Positions 17,330 through 26,238 of a DNA stretch of 39,507 bases are shown here, piece after piece; within the stretch, counting starts at the first letter, position 1, and every line of letters starts with the position of its first letter. This DNA is from a virus. Under the pieces are notes generated by a model. It made no database searches and was not told the origin of the DNA. It saw only the letters and a program-made list of their open reading frames with translations. The DNA lies in the IMG/VR virus record IMGVR_UViG_3300010167_000036, positions 1 through 39,507 of that record, one strand, 5' to 3'. The position numbers and the translations under genes were made by a program.

Positions 17330-17745
17330 ACATTCAACTATGTAGAAATTGCCGGTGGTGGACGGAGAAGGACGCAAAATCGCGACTGGGGACGTGCGTG
17401 TGCCCTCTGGTGGACATGAAATCCGTTCGAAGGTCATTGCCTGCCAGCGTGTCCATAAAGACCAGCCTCACGAAATCGAGCGAAGGGCACTCGTGCGAAT
17501 TCTGGCGCGACGCGGAAAACATCGACCCCGCGTTCGAATCCGAGATTTTCACACGGTTTCTCCAGTTGCGCGAGCGGCACAGCCTGCACCTGCTCGAATT
17601 GACGTGGCAGTGCGTTCGGCATGAGTGGAAGGCCGTTGTTCACCGCTACCCGTCCGGCGAACACGCGCCGATTACGCTGTGGGGCAAAAAATCCTCCGAG
17701 GTGTGCCTGCATGTCATCGAAGTATTGGAGGCGACGAAACCATGA
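17326..17745 (+). CDS. Cys-rich hypothetical protein with CxxCxWW module
   Basis: CRNCRWWTEKDAKSRLGTCVCP; start ATG 17326 overlapping the previous stop. Confidence 0.6.
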   Translation: MNIQLCRNCRWWTEKDAKSRLGTCVCPLVDMKSVRRSLPASVSIKTSLTKSSEGHSCEFWRDAENIDPAFESEIFTRFLQLRERHSLHLLELTWQCVRHEWKAVVHRYPSGEHAPITLWGKKSSEVCLHVIEVLEATKP

Positions 17746-18095
17746 TTGTTGAAAAACACCCGAAAATCGAGGTTTTTCAAGAACAAAACACCAAGAATTG
17801 CCGGTGGCGGTGGCGGTTCGTCGATGCCGATGGAAACGCGATGGTGGAGAGTATCGAGTATTTGTCGGTGAAGTATGCGTTGGAACAAGCGCAAAAACTT
17901 CCGAAGATAAATCTGCTCGTCATCACGTCGCACTGGGCTGTGCACGGGTGGATTATGCGCGTGGAGCATGTCGATTCGGAACTGCCAGTCGCGTACGGAG
18001 TGGTTCGCTATTCCGAAGAATACAAATGCTCAAACGATGCGCTGTTCGTTAACAAGTGGCTTGAAAAGCGTATCAAAATCGAGGTGCTGACATGA
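17742..18095 (+). CDS. hypothetical protein
   Basis: ORF from ATG 17742 with ATGA overlap. Confidence 0.6.
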   Translation: MIVEKHPKIEVFQEQNTKNCRWRWRFVDADGNAMVESIEYLSVKYALEQAQKLPKINLLVITSHWAVHGWIMRVEHVDSELPVAYGVVRYSEEYKCSNDALFVNKWLEKRIKIEVLT

Positions 18096-18382
18096 CGGAG
18101 TACGTGTACATCACAGACGACCGTAACGCAGAAAACATGTACTGTCATCGGTTTCAATGGGTTGGCAATCGACTGAGAAGCGAGTTCTGGTCAACCGAAT
18201 ATATCATGTGGTGTCGCGATTTCTGCAAGTCGCTTCCGATCATCAAGCGGCAAATCAGGATCAAACGCAAGTATAGCGCTCCGTTCGAACAGTACCTCGT
18301 CGAGAAGTTTATGGAAATCGAGAACGCCTGGCATGACGCCCAGAATTCCGTCGATGGCGTGGAGTTAAGGAAACGTAAATGA
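18092..18382 (+). CDS. hypothetical protein
   Basis: ORF with ATGA overlap. Confidence 0.6.
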   Translation: MTEYVYITDDRNAENMYCHRFQWVGNRLRSEFWSTEYIMWCRDFCKSLPIIKRQIRIKRKYSAPFEQYLVEKFMEIENAWHDAQNSVDGVELRKRK

Positions 18383-18427
18383 ACCGTTACGTTTTGAGTG
18401 AACCATGAGCGTGAAGGGAGATTGGAA

Positions 18428-18967
18428 ATGAAACAACCAGGCACGGAAGCCATAAGCATTACACCGCCGCCGCAACATTCAAAAATCATTCAATTCTTCG
18501 TCCCCGGCATCCCGCGCCCGGGCGGGTCGAAGAAGGGTTTTTATAATCCGAAACTCGGGCGCGTGATGATGGTCAAGGCCGGCGGGCAGTACGAGGAAAA
18601 CTGGCGGCAGGCCGTCGCCCACGCGGCCTTACAGGCGATGAAGGACGAGCCTCCGTTCAAAGGAGCCGTGCGTCTTGACGCCACGTTCTACATGCCGCGC
18701 CCGAAGTACCACTACCACACGTCGAAGAAATCCGCCGGCAAGCTGCGGCTCGAATACAAAGGCCCGTGCCCGCACCTGTCGGCACCGGATCGAGGAAAAC
18801 TGCTGCGGTCCACCGAGGACGCCATGAAAGGCATCGTCTACGCTGATGACTCCCAGGTCTACGCCGGCGACGTGGAGAAGTTCTACGGCGAACGGCCTGG
18901 TGCCGAAATCAAAATCACGCTGCACTACGTGTGGTATCCCGAATCCATGAAAGGAGTCGTCCAGTGA
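18428..18967 (+). CDS. rusA: RusA-family Holliday junction resolvase
   Basis: FFVPGIPRPGGSKKGF ... PHLSAPDRGKLLRSTEDAMKGIVYADDSQVYAGDVEKFYGERPGAEIKI. Confidence 0.85.
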   Translation: MKQPGTEAISITPPPQHSKIIQFFVPGIPRPGGSKKGFYNPKLGRVMMVKAGGQYEENWRQAVAHAALQAMKDEPPFKGAVRLDATFYMPRPKYHYHTSKKSAGKLRLEYKGPCPHLSAPDRGKLLRSTEDAMKGIVYADDSQVYAGDVEKFYGERPGAEIKITLHYVWYPESMKGVVQ

Positions 18968-18984
18968 CGAAATACCACCTTCCC

Positions 18985-19428
18985 ATGTGCGTCGATTGCG
19001 TGTTCTTCAGGAAGAACATGCAGCCGGCGGGTACGACAAGCGGATACTGCTCGCACAAAATACCGCATAATGCAGAGGTTGCGCTTCCATATACCGAGCA
19101 TGATGAACTCTACGGACTCACGGGCGAGACGGGCGGGATTGGATGTCACTGCCTCGCCGAGAATATTACCGACGCCTTCCAAAATATCGCCAAGTGGATC
19201 GGTATGGAGAATCGACCGGAAAGTTACACGAACTATAGAAAATTCCGTGAACTGAGGGATGAAATCGTACGGCTTGGCGAGTTGATTCATGCAGGGACGG
19301 CGACGCCTGGCGAGGCGATTCGGTGGATGAAATATACATCGGGAAACGGATACGTAATCGAAAACAAAGCCATCGAGATCATCCGGGCGTTTATCGAATC
19401 CTCGAATTCAAGCCAGAATGGAGTTTGA
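18985..19428 (+). CDS. Cys-rich hypothetical protein with CxxCxFF module
   Basis: CVDCVFFRKNMQPAGTTSGYCSHK. GTG 18964 is an alternative start. Confidence 0.6.
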   Translation: MCVDCVFFRKNMQPAGTTSGYCSHKIPHNAEVALPYTEHDELYGLTGETGGIGCHCLAENITDAFQNIAKWIGMENRPESYTNYRKFRELRDEIVRLGELIHAGTATPGEAIRWMKYTSGNGYVIENKAIEIIRAFIESSNSSQNGV

Positions 19429-19429
19429 C

Positions 19430-20017
19430 ATGAAAAAAGAACAATGCGGTGACTGCGGCCTCCCGGCGAAATCTCACTGCAACCGTTGCGGTCTCCCTGT
19501 GTGTCACGAGTGCATGTGGAATTGTCTTTGCAGAACTTGCTATGACCGTGGCGGTGAATGTGAAGGTTGTGTCAATAAATGCGATTTATTCGCGAAAGAA
19601 GAAGGAGTTCCAATGAACATTTACCTCGCCGCGCGGTACGGACGCCGACTGGAATTATGCACATACGCCGATCAGCTTATCGCGATGGGTCACACGGTCA
19701 CGAGTCGCTGGCTTCGTGGTTCGCATGACGCGGCGGACGGCGACGTGAGCCGATGGAAGGATTTTGCGAGCGAGGACCTGGCCGACATCCACCGCAGCAA
19801 CGTGCTCATTGTGTTCACAGAGCCACCGGGCGAAGCGGTTCCCAGTGCGGAGCGCGGCAGCCGGCACGTTGAACTTGGCATGGCCATTGAACGAAACCTG
19901 TACGTGGTCGTCGTCGGCCCGCGTGAGAACATTTTCTGCCGCCTGCCCGAAATCATGCACTATGAAACGTTCGCCGGTCTGGTGGCGGCATGGAAACCGG
20001 AAGGAGTGTTCGCATGA
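19430..20017 (+). CDS. B-box/RING-like zinc domain fused to nucleoside 2-deoxyribosyltransferase-like domain
   Basis: CGDCGLPAKSHCNRCGLPVCHECMWNCLCRTCYDRGGEC...; then MNIYLAARYGRRLELCTYADQLIAMGHTVTSRWL...EDLADIHRSNVLIVFTE...GSRHVELGMAI. Possible internal start at 19613. Confidence 0.65.
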   Translation: MKKEQCGDCGLPAKSHCNRCGLPVCHECMWNCLCRTCYDRGGECEGCVNKCDLFAKEEGVPMNIYLAARYGRRLELCTYADQLIAMGHTVTSRWLRGSHDAADGDVSRWKDFASEDLADIHRSNVLIVFTEPPGEAVPSAERGSRHVELGMAIERNLYVVVVGPRENIFCRLPEIMHYETFAGLVAAWKPEGVFA

Positions 20018-20220
20018 TCGACAGATGCCGCACGAAAAATGGTCACTTCATCCCCGGTTGCATGGGCGCCGCTGCAATCGGGCGACATGCCTGTACGTGT
20101 CCTCAACGACGCGAAAGATACCTCGATAATGACTTCTCAGAGAACGACGCGAAAAAAATGGCGAAAAAGATCGCGGACCTCGAAAAGCGAATCAAAAAAT
20201 TGGAAGGTGGTCGAAAATGA
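20014..20220 (+). CDS. small protein with C-terminal coiled coil
   Basis: MIDRCRTKNGHFIPGCMG...AKKIADLEKRIKKLEGGRK; GGAG upstream. Confidence 0.5.
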   Translation: MIDRCRTKNGHFIPGCMGAAAIGRHACTCPQRRERYLDNDFSENDAKKMAKKIADLEKRIKKLEGGRK

Positions 20221-21119
20221 AAATCCTCCGCGTATTTCCACGAAAAACCAACGCGACGCCGGTGGACGATCTGTCCGTCGTCGGCGAGCCGCCGGCACTG
20301 CTGGAGCCGCGCGAGGACGTGTCAGAGATTCACGTCTCCGTGGCATTCACTTTCGACATCGACCGGGCGTGTGATTTGGCAGAACTGTGGACGAAGAAAT
20401 ACCCCGGCGTGCCCGTGCTCGTCGGAGGGCCTGGCATGAATCATCCGGGCGGCGACTTCGTGCCGGGCCGCTATCTGGCCAACGGCTACGTCATCACGAG
20501 TCGGGGTTGCCCGAACAACTGCTGGTTCTGCTCAGTGCCAAGCCGCGAGGGACGAACTGTAATTGAGTTGCCCGTTACGTCGGGGTGTAACGTACTTGAC
20601 GACAATCTGCTGGCGTGTAGCAAAGAACATATCGGTGAAGTGTGGTCCATGCTACACGGACAAAAAAGGGCAGGGAATCGCGTTGAGTTTACCGGTGGGT
20701 TGGAATCGGCAAGACTTAACCATTTCCATATGTCCATGCTGTCGTCATTGAAACCAAAGCAGGTCTTTTTTGCGTACGACACGCCGAACGACCTGGAGCC
20801 GTTGCATATCGCGGGTGGCATGTGCCAGCAGTACAGATTGTCCCGCGACTCGTTGCGGTGCTATGTACTCTGCGGTTGGCCGTCGATGACGGGGCGGAAT
20901 GCAGACACGACAGAGCAGGCCCACAAACGAATGCTCTGTGCGGCACGGGCGGGATTCCTGCCAATGGCCATGCTCTACGCCGACAAGGCGGGACACACCG
21001 CCGCCGACACAAGCGACGACTGGGCAAAATTACAACGAACATGGACGCGCGTACCGGCCATGAAGGCCGTGATACGCCGCGAACTGGGGAACGAAGTCAC
21101 GAAAGGAGTCTTGTTGTGA
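20217..21119 (+). CDS. radical SAM protein
   Basis: VITSRGCPNNCWFCSVPSREG (CxxNCxFC cluster motif), GGPG element, VLDDNLLAC, VEFTGGLESARL. Confidence 0.85.
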   Translation: MKILRVFPRKTNATPVDDLSVVGEPPALLEPREDVSEIHVSVAFTFDIDRACDLAELWTKKYPGVPVLVGGPGMNHPGGDFVPGRYLANGYVITSRGCPNNCWFCSVPSREGRTVIELPVTSGCNVLDDNLLACSKEHIGEVWSMLHGQKRAGNRVEFTGGLESARLNHFHMSMLSSLKPKQVFFAYDTPNDLEPLHIAGGMCQQYRLSRDSLRCYVLCGWPSMTGRNADTTEQAHKRMLCAARAGFLPMAMLYADKAGHTAADTSDDWAKLQRTWTRVPAMKAVIRRELGNEVTKGVLL

Positions 21120-21988
21120 AACGTGGAACGCCCGATCACCCAAAAATGAAGCACCTCGCGTTGCTTCTCGGACTCAAACGGTACGAAGTCGTCGGCCTGA
21201 TGGAGAGCCTGTGGCATTTTGCCGCCTCCTACGCCAAACGTGGCGACATCGGACGCTGGACTAACCACGCCATTGCCTCGGCCATCGAGTGGAGCGGCGA
21301 ACCCGACGCCCTCGTGGCGGCACTGGTTGAAAGCAAACTGGTCGATGACGACCCGGTGCATCGCCTCATCGTCCACGACTGGGAGGATCACTGCGACCAG
21401 ACAGTCGGACGGTCTGACGAGGTGCGAAAACTAGGATTTGCCAGAAAATCACCGACAAATCCTAGCGCACAATTAGACAATGCTAGTGAGCAACTAGCAG
21501 AACCTAGCGCACAACTAGAAAAAACTGTAAAAAACTATCCTGCCTTAAGCCAAAGCCATAAGCCAGAGCCTAAATCCATAAGCCATAAGCCAGAGCCAGC
21601 GGAGAAGCCAGGGCCTACAGCGTCGGCTTCGCCTCCGCGCGGCGATGAGGCTGACGCCGTGGACATCCCGAGAAATCTCGACACACCGGCATTCCGGGCC
21701 AAGTGGCACGAGTGGCAATCATACCGAAAACAAAAACGGGCCAAGTTGACGCCGATGACGGCGCAAAAGCAGCTGACCGAACTCTCGCGCATCGGACCTG
21801 ACGCGGCGATTGCCACCATCGAGAAAAGCATCTGCAAGGGCTGGCAGGGGCTATTCCCGGAAAAGAACGGTCAAGGACAAGACAGAGCCAGCCCCGGCGT
21901 AACACACGGCGACGCGGATAGTGACCAGGCGGACACCATACGCCGACTGAGCCATCAGGCTCGCGGCGACAGAAAGGAAAATCCATGA
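21116..21988 (+). CDS. replication initiator / replisome-organizer-like protein
   Basis: GTG start overlapping the previous TGA; N-terminal winged-helix-like domain, disordered linker, upstream of DnaB. Confidence 0.6.
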   Translation: MKRGTPDHPKMKHLALLLGLKRYEVVGLMESLWHFAASYAKRGDIGRWTNHAIASAIEWSGEPDALVAALVESKLVDDDPVHRLIVHDWEDHCDQTVGRSDEVRKLGFARKSPTNPSAQLDNASEQLAEPSAQLEKTVKNYPALSQSHKPEPKSISHKPEPAEKPGPTASASPPRGDEADAVDIPRNLDTPAFRAKWHEWQSYRKQKRAKLTPMTAQKQLTELSRIGPDAAIATIEKSICKGWQGLFPEKNGQGQDRASPGVTHGDADSDQADTIRRLSHQARGDRKENP

Positions 21989-23439
21989 CCGAGACAACAA
22001 ACACCATTGACCCAACCGAATACGTCCTTGACCCACAGGACGTTTCGCCTCCGATGACGCAGACGCCGACTGTGCCCATGCAATGGGCAGTTCCCCCGCA
22101 TTCGCTCGAGGCCGAGGCGTGCGTCCTTGGGGCGATGATGCTGGAACCGGATTCCGTGTTGCCGGTGGTTCGTCGCCTGCTGGACGTGTCCGATTTCTAC
22201 CGGCCTGCCCACGGGGTGATCTTTCAGGCGATTTTTCGCGTAGTCGATGCGCGAATCTCCGTTGACCTGGTGGCGGTGAAAAACGAACTGGACCGCATGG
22301 GCCGACTGGCCGAAGTCGGCGGAATCGAGTACGTGCTCGCCATGGCCGAGGGAGTCCCCAGCGCGGCCAACGTGGAGTTTTACGCGGGACTCGTCCGCGA
22401 CAAAAGCCTGCTGCGGCAGACGATTCGTGCCGCCCGGAAACTCGAACGAGACGCCTACGCGGGAACCGCCGTCGCCGCCGAGGTGATCGGAAGCGGTCAG
22501 CAGGCCCTCTACGATCTCGCCCGGCCTCTGAGCATCGGCGACGAAGCATACGTCGGCGACGCTTCGCGGCGGGTGCTGGTGAACATGGAAGCGGAAATCA
22601 CGCACGGCAAGCCCACCGAGCGGCGGTTCTCCAGCGGCTACCCGGACATCGACCGTTGTATACACGGGCTTCGCGGGGGCCGCGTTGTGACACTGGCGGC
22701 CAAGACCAAGGCGGGGAAATCCATGTGCGCGCTCAACATGGCATTTCACGTCGCGATGCAGGGCGGGCCGGTGCTGTACATTTCCGGCGAAATGCGAACG
22801 ACCGAACTGGCCGAGCGGTATTTGTCGATGTGTGCCCCGATCAATGGCGATTCGATCAAAAACCCGCGAACCGTCCGTCAGGAGGACTGGGCGCGGATCG
22901 CGCGGGCGGGCGAACTGCTTGACCCGCTCCCGCTGCGTCTGGTGGGGCGCGGGCTAAGTCTGTCCGAGATCGGCATGATGGCACGCGAACTGGGCACGAA
23001 GCACGGAAAGCCGACCGCCCTGATTGTGGTGGACTATCTGATGCGGATGAAACTGCCCAGGGCGAGGGAACTCCGCGAGCGCGTGGGCGAGTTTACGCGC
23101 GAACTGAAAAATCTGGCGATGGAACTGGACGCCTGTGTGCTGCTGGTAAGCCAGTTGAAGCGGCTGACCGATGACAACGCCAAGCCGTCGCTCCACGACC
23201 TGAAAGAGTCCGGGGACATTGAGAACGATTCCGACGCGGTGCTGCTGATCCATACACCGCCGGGCACACCAGCGGTGTACGGGCCGGACGGGCAGGCGGC
23301 AATGGAGTCGTGGGTTCGCGTCGCCGCCGCCCGCGACGGCATGGCGACGGCATGGCCCAAGGCGGGCGACAATAACCCCGACGCCGTCCGGCTGCGGTGG
23401 CAGCCGTGGCACATGCGGTTTCTGCCGTGGGGAGCGTAG
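21985..23439 (+). CDS. dnaB: replicative DNA helicase (DnaB-like)
   Basis: VPPHSLEAEACVLGAMM, RVVTLAAKTKAGKSMCALNMAFHVA (Walker A variant), LIVVDYLMRM (Walker B). Confidence 0.93.
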   Translation: MTETTNTIDPTEYVLDPQDVSPPMTQTPTVPMQWAVPPHSLEAEACVLGAMMLEPDSVLPVVRRLLDVSDFYRPAHGVIFQAIFRVVDARISVDLVAVKNELDRMGRLAEVGGIEYVLAMAEGVPSAANVEFYAGLVRDKSLLRQTIRAARKLERDAYAGTAVAAEVIGSGQQALYDLARPLSIGDEAYVGDASRRVLVNMEAEITHGKPTERRFSSGYPDIDRCIHGLRGGRVVTLAAKTKAGKSMCALNMAFHVAMQGGPVLYISGEMRTTELAERYLSMCAPINGDSIKNPRTVRQEDWARIARAGELLDPLPLRLVGRGLSLSEIGMMARELGTKHGKPTALIVVDYLMRMKLPRARELRERVGEFTRELKNLAMELDACVLLVSQLKRLTDDNAKPSLHDLKESGDIENDSDAVLLIHTPPGTPAVYGPDGQAAMESWVRVAAARDGMATAWPKAGDNNPDAVRLRWQPWHMRFLPWGA

Positions 23440-23448
23440 GAGAACACC

Positions 23449-23829
23449 ATGAACGCAACGGACTGCGACAATCTGACGGACATCGAGGCGGATTTTGAGC
23501 GATTCCTCCGCACGGACGGCGGGCTTGCCGCCCTGTACGACGTTCGGCAGGAAGACCAGACGTTCCGGCGGCGAGGGATGCTCCGGCTGTTCGCCGCCGG
23601 AGCGGCGTCACAGGCCAGCAGGAAGGCCACAGAATCGCCCGCACAGGGACCATCGGACGTCGGTGGACCCGTGGGGACAGTGTTTCCCTGTCCGTTCTGT
23701 GGCGGGCAACGGTGCTCGTCGTCGGTGGCCTGTGTTTCTGCCGCCGCCGACCGGGCCATTGCCAGCGGCGACCGTCGCGACGTGGCCGAGTATCTCCGCC
23801 TTCGACGGCGGACAAAGGGGAAAACATGA
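23449..23829 (+). CDS. hypothetical protein with small zinc-ribbon
   Basis: FPCPFCGGQRCSSSVACVSAAADRAIASGDRRDVAEYLRLR. Confidence 0.6.
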   Translation: MNATDCDNLTDIEADFERFLRTDGGLAALYDVRQEDQTFRRRGMLRLFAAGAASQASRKATESPAQGPSDVGGPVGTVFPCPFCGGQRCSSSVACVSAAADRAIASGDRRDVAEYLRLRRRTKGKT

Positions 23830-24044
23830 AACGATCACTCGTGCATCGGATGACGTACCCGGACCAGTGTGACACTTGCATGTGGTTCACCGAGGAATTT
23901 TCAGGCGTCGGATCATGCGGGAATTCCAGCCGGGATAATCCATTCGGGCTAATCAACACAAACGCGAACAGTTGGTGCAAGGCGTTCGCTCGACGAATCG
24001 TAATTCAAAAACCAAGGAGACGACGACGTGAAAACAAGAACTGA
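23826..24044 (+). CDS. Cys-rich small protein with CxxCxWF module
   Basis: CDTCMWFTEEFSGVGSCGNSS; start ATG 23826. Confidence 0.55.
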   Translation: MKRSLVHRMTYPDQCDTCMWFTEEFSGVGSCGNSSRDNPFGLINTNANSWCKAFARRIVIQKPRRRRRENKN

Positions 24045-24303
24045 CAACGAGTTAACGGAAGAATCCATGCGGGCGGTAAAACCCGAAGCCATTGACCGAT
24101 ACCTGACCCGACAAGGGTTTCGACTCATCGGCGGCGACGCGGGAAACGTCAAAGAATACGAGGACGAGGACGGAAACACCCTGACCGTCCCACAAGCTAT
24201 CGGATCGAACTGGTATCCCAACGCCGTGTTCGCCATCGCCGAATACTTCGCCACGGACGGACGCCAGACCGAGGACATCATCCGCGCGATGAGGCACTCG
24301 TGA
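24028..24303 (+). CDS. hypothetical protein
   Basis: GTG start at 24028 after AAGGAG. Confidence 0.55.
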   Translation: MKTRTDNELTEESMRAVKPEAIDRYLTRQGFRLIGGDAGNVKEYEDEDGNTLTVPQAIGSNWYPNAVFAIAEYFATDGRQTEDIIRAMRHS

Positions 24304-24372
24304 GGGCCATCCATGTGACCGGAGGAAAAGAAATCTCGCCACGACCGCGCGCCGACGCTGCGGGTCCTTGGC

Positions 24373-24408
24373 GGAGGGGCCAATCGCTACACACCACACG
24401 GCCCCTTC
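24373..24408 (+). terminator. possible transcription terminator
   Basis: Stem 24373-24381 (GGAGGGGCC) with 24400-24408 (GGCCCCTTC), 9 pairs with one G-T, 18-nt loop, then a pyrimidine-rich run at the end of the early gene block. Confidence 0.4.
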
Positions 24409-24589
24409 CTCCTTGTCTCTATTCTTTCTTTCCTTCTCTTATCTATTCGTCCCGCATGGGATTCACTGGCCGTGCAGAATCTGGGCGGGCATCGACGTGT
24501 TTTTCGGCATGGTTTGCTAGGAACTCTTACCAATAACGGCCATGGCGAGTAGTAAATGAAAAATTATTATAAATTTCGATATTTTTATA

Positions 24590-24618
24590 TTGATATAAGT
24601 GTTTGTCAATACTATAGT
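24590..24618 (+). promoter_or_regulatory. sigma70-like promoter
   Basis: TTGATA (24590-24595), 17-nt spacer, TATAGT (24613-24618), inside a sharply AT-rich stretch of an otherwise GC-rich sequence. Confidence 0.65.
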
Positions 24619-24669
24619 TACATTAGAAGTAAGGGAAATTGAAAACAAAATAGTGGCCGAAGAGTTGGA

Positions 24670-24780
24670 CCTGTGACGGGGTAGCCGTCTTGGAAAGACA
24701 TATCGGCATAAGGCTGAAGGCTCTCAGATGTTAAACCTCGGAAGTTGTCGGAAACGTGGTTCGGTAACACCACCTGACAA
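24670..24780 (+). ncRNA. candidate structured leader RNA upstream of the DUF932 gene
   Basis: GACGG...CCGTC hairpin and a composite hairpin TTGTC(24745-24749)/GACAA(24776-24780) enclosing GTGGT(24756-24760)/ACCAC(24769-24773); long non-coding gap. Confidence 0.4.
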
Positions 24781-24808
24781 TGACCAAAACTTACGAAAGG
24801 GTACGACA

Positions 24809-25843
24809 ATGGCACACGAAATCACCGTCCGCAAAAATGGGTTCGCCGAAGCGATGTATGCTCTCAAACCGGCTTGGCACGGCCTTGGACAGGTTGTTCA
24901 AGACGCACCGACCTCGGCGGATGCAATGAAACTCGCCGGGCTGATGTGGGAAGTCGAGCAGCATCCGCTACAAACAATCGTCACCCAAGAGAAATTCGAC
25001 GATAATGGCAATCCAACGCTCGACACGGACATCGTTCAGATTCCGAACATGGTCGCCAACGTACGCAGCGACAACCACGAAGTTCTGGGTGTCGTTTCAA
25101 CATGGTACAAGCCGGTACAGAATACGGAAGCGTTTGACTTTGTGGACAGCCTGGTGGCTGACGGATCAATCCGGTACGAATCGGCTGGAAGCCTGAAGGG
25201 TGGTAAATCAGTCTGGCTGCTGGCAAGAATGCCCCGTGACCTGACGGTTGCCCAGGGCGACACACTCCAGCGGTACATCCTGTTCGTGAATGGCCATGAC
25301 GGACTCCGAGCCGTCCGCGTCATGCCGACCTCGGTTCGGGTTGTCTGTCAGAACACGCTCAATCTTGCCCTAAACCACGCGAACGCGGAACGAACGCTCG
25401 TCATTCCGCACGTCGGAAACATTCGCCGCAAACTCGATGCCGCCCGTCATGTTCTCGGTCTGGTCACGGACCAGTTCGACAAGTTCGCCACACACGCGAT
25501 GGACATGATCGACGTTCAGGTCAGCACTGACGATCAGGCCCGCTACATCTACGACCTCTTTCCCGATGATGCGGACCCAACGGCGAACAACGCCCAGAGA
25601 AAAAAAGTTCGTGAGGATGTGACCAAGTTGCTCACCGCCGGGCCGCAAAGCCTCCCGGAAATCCGTGGCAGCGTGTGGGCGACCTTCAACGCGGTCACAC
25701 AGTATGTGGATCACGAGGCCCGTCGCATGGGAAAGACGGATGGCGAACGGGCGGAGAACCGGATGAGTTCGGTTCTTATGGGGACTGGAGCCAAGTTGAA
25801 AGCCAAAGCATGGCTGGCTGCGATGGCATTGGCAGGGATTTAG
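24809..25843 (+). CDS. DUF932 phage/plasmid-like protein
   Basis: PAWHGLGQVVQDAPTSADAMKLAGLMWEVEQHPL, VVSTWYKPVQNTEAFDFVDSL, PTSVRVVCQNTLNLAL. Confidence 0.88.
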   Translation: MAHEITVRKNGFAEAMYALKPAWHGLGQVVQDAPTSADAMKLAGLMWEVEQHPLQTIVTQEKFDDNGNPTLDTDIVQIPNMVANVRSDNHEVLGVVSTWYKPVQNTEAFDFVDSLVADGSIRYESAGSLKGGKSVWLLARMPRDLTVAQGDTLQRYILFVNGHDGLRAVRVMPTSVRVVCQNTLNLALNHANAERTLVIPHVGNIRRKLDAARHVLGLVTDQFDKFATHAMDMIDVQVSTDDQARYIYDLFPDDADPTANNAQRKKVREDVTKLLTAGPQSLPEIRGSVWATFNAVTQYVDHEARRMGKTDGERAENRMSSVLMGTGAKLKAKAWLAAMALAGI

Positions 25844-25854
25844 GCAGCAGTCTG

Positions 25855-25921
25855 GGTCCGAATGGTTCGGACCTGACAGAATGAAAAGTGGCCGGCGGGG
25901 TGCGGTAACACCTCGCCGGCC
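25855..25921 (+). ncRNA. two strong adjacent hairpins downstream of the DUF932 gene
   Basis: GGTCCGAA-TGG-TTCGGACC (25855-25873) and GGCCGGCGGGGTG-CGGTAA-CACCTCGCCGGCC (25890-25921, 13 pairs with one G-T). Confidence 0.5.
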
Positions 25922-25944
25922 CGACCATGGAAAGGGTACTTAAC

Positions 25945-26238
25945 ATGATCGTTGACAGAAATACTACAGATTCGACACATGCCGAACAAGCCGTTTCCCG
26001 AAACTTTGGCAATGCCAGCCATGCGGAAGTGGCGGTGCTCGCCTATGCAAGCCACATGGAGTCCCGGAGACTCACGGAGTTGGGTGATTCGTACCACGCC
26101 AATGACGAGTGGCTACTGGACCTACTGACTGATCTGCGACACTGGGCGCGGGAGCATGAGGTTAACTTCGACGATGCCGTTCGCGTGTCGGAGTTCCACT
26201 TCCAAAGTGAACTGGACGAGGAAGGCGGTGCCGAATGA
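25945..26238 (+). CDS. hypothetical protein
   Basis: ORF in the DUF932-AAA operon; ATG 25927 is an alternative start. Confidence 0.6.
   Translation: MIVDRNTTDSTHAEQAVSRNFGNASHAEVAVLAYASHMESRRLTELGDSYHANDEWLLDLLTDLRHWAREHEVNFDDAVRVSEFHFQSELDEEGGAE

Noticed and set aside
22690-22922. Alternative-frame ORFs inside dnaB (22656..22922, 22083..22265)
   Set aside because: They are fully embedded in a strongly supported DnaB helicase gene and have Arg/Gly-rich shadow-frame composition.
24300-24536. ORF 24300..24536
   Set aside because: It reads through a terminator-like inverted repeat and pyrimidine-rich DNA, with low-quality composition; more likely non-coding.
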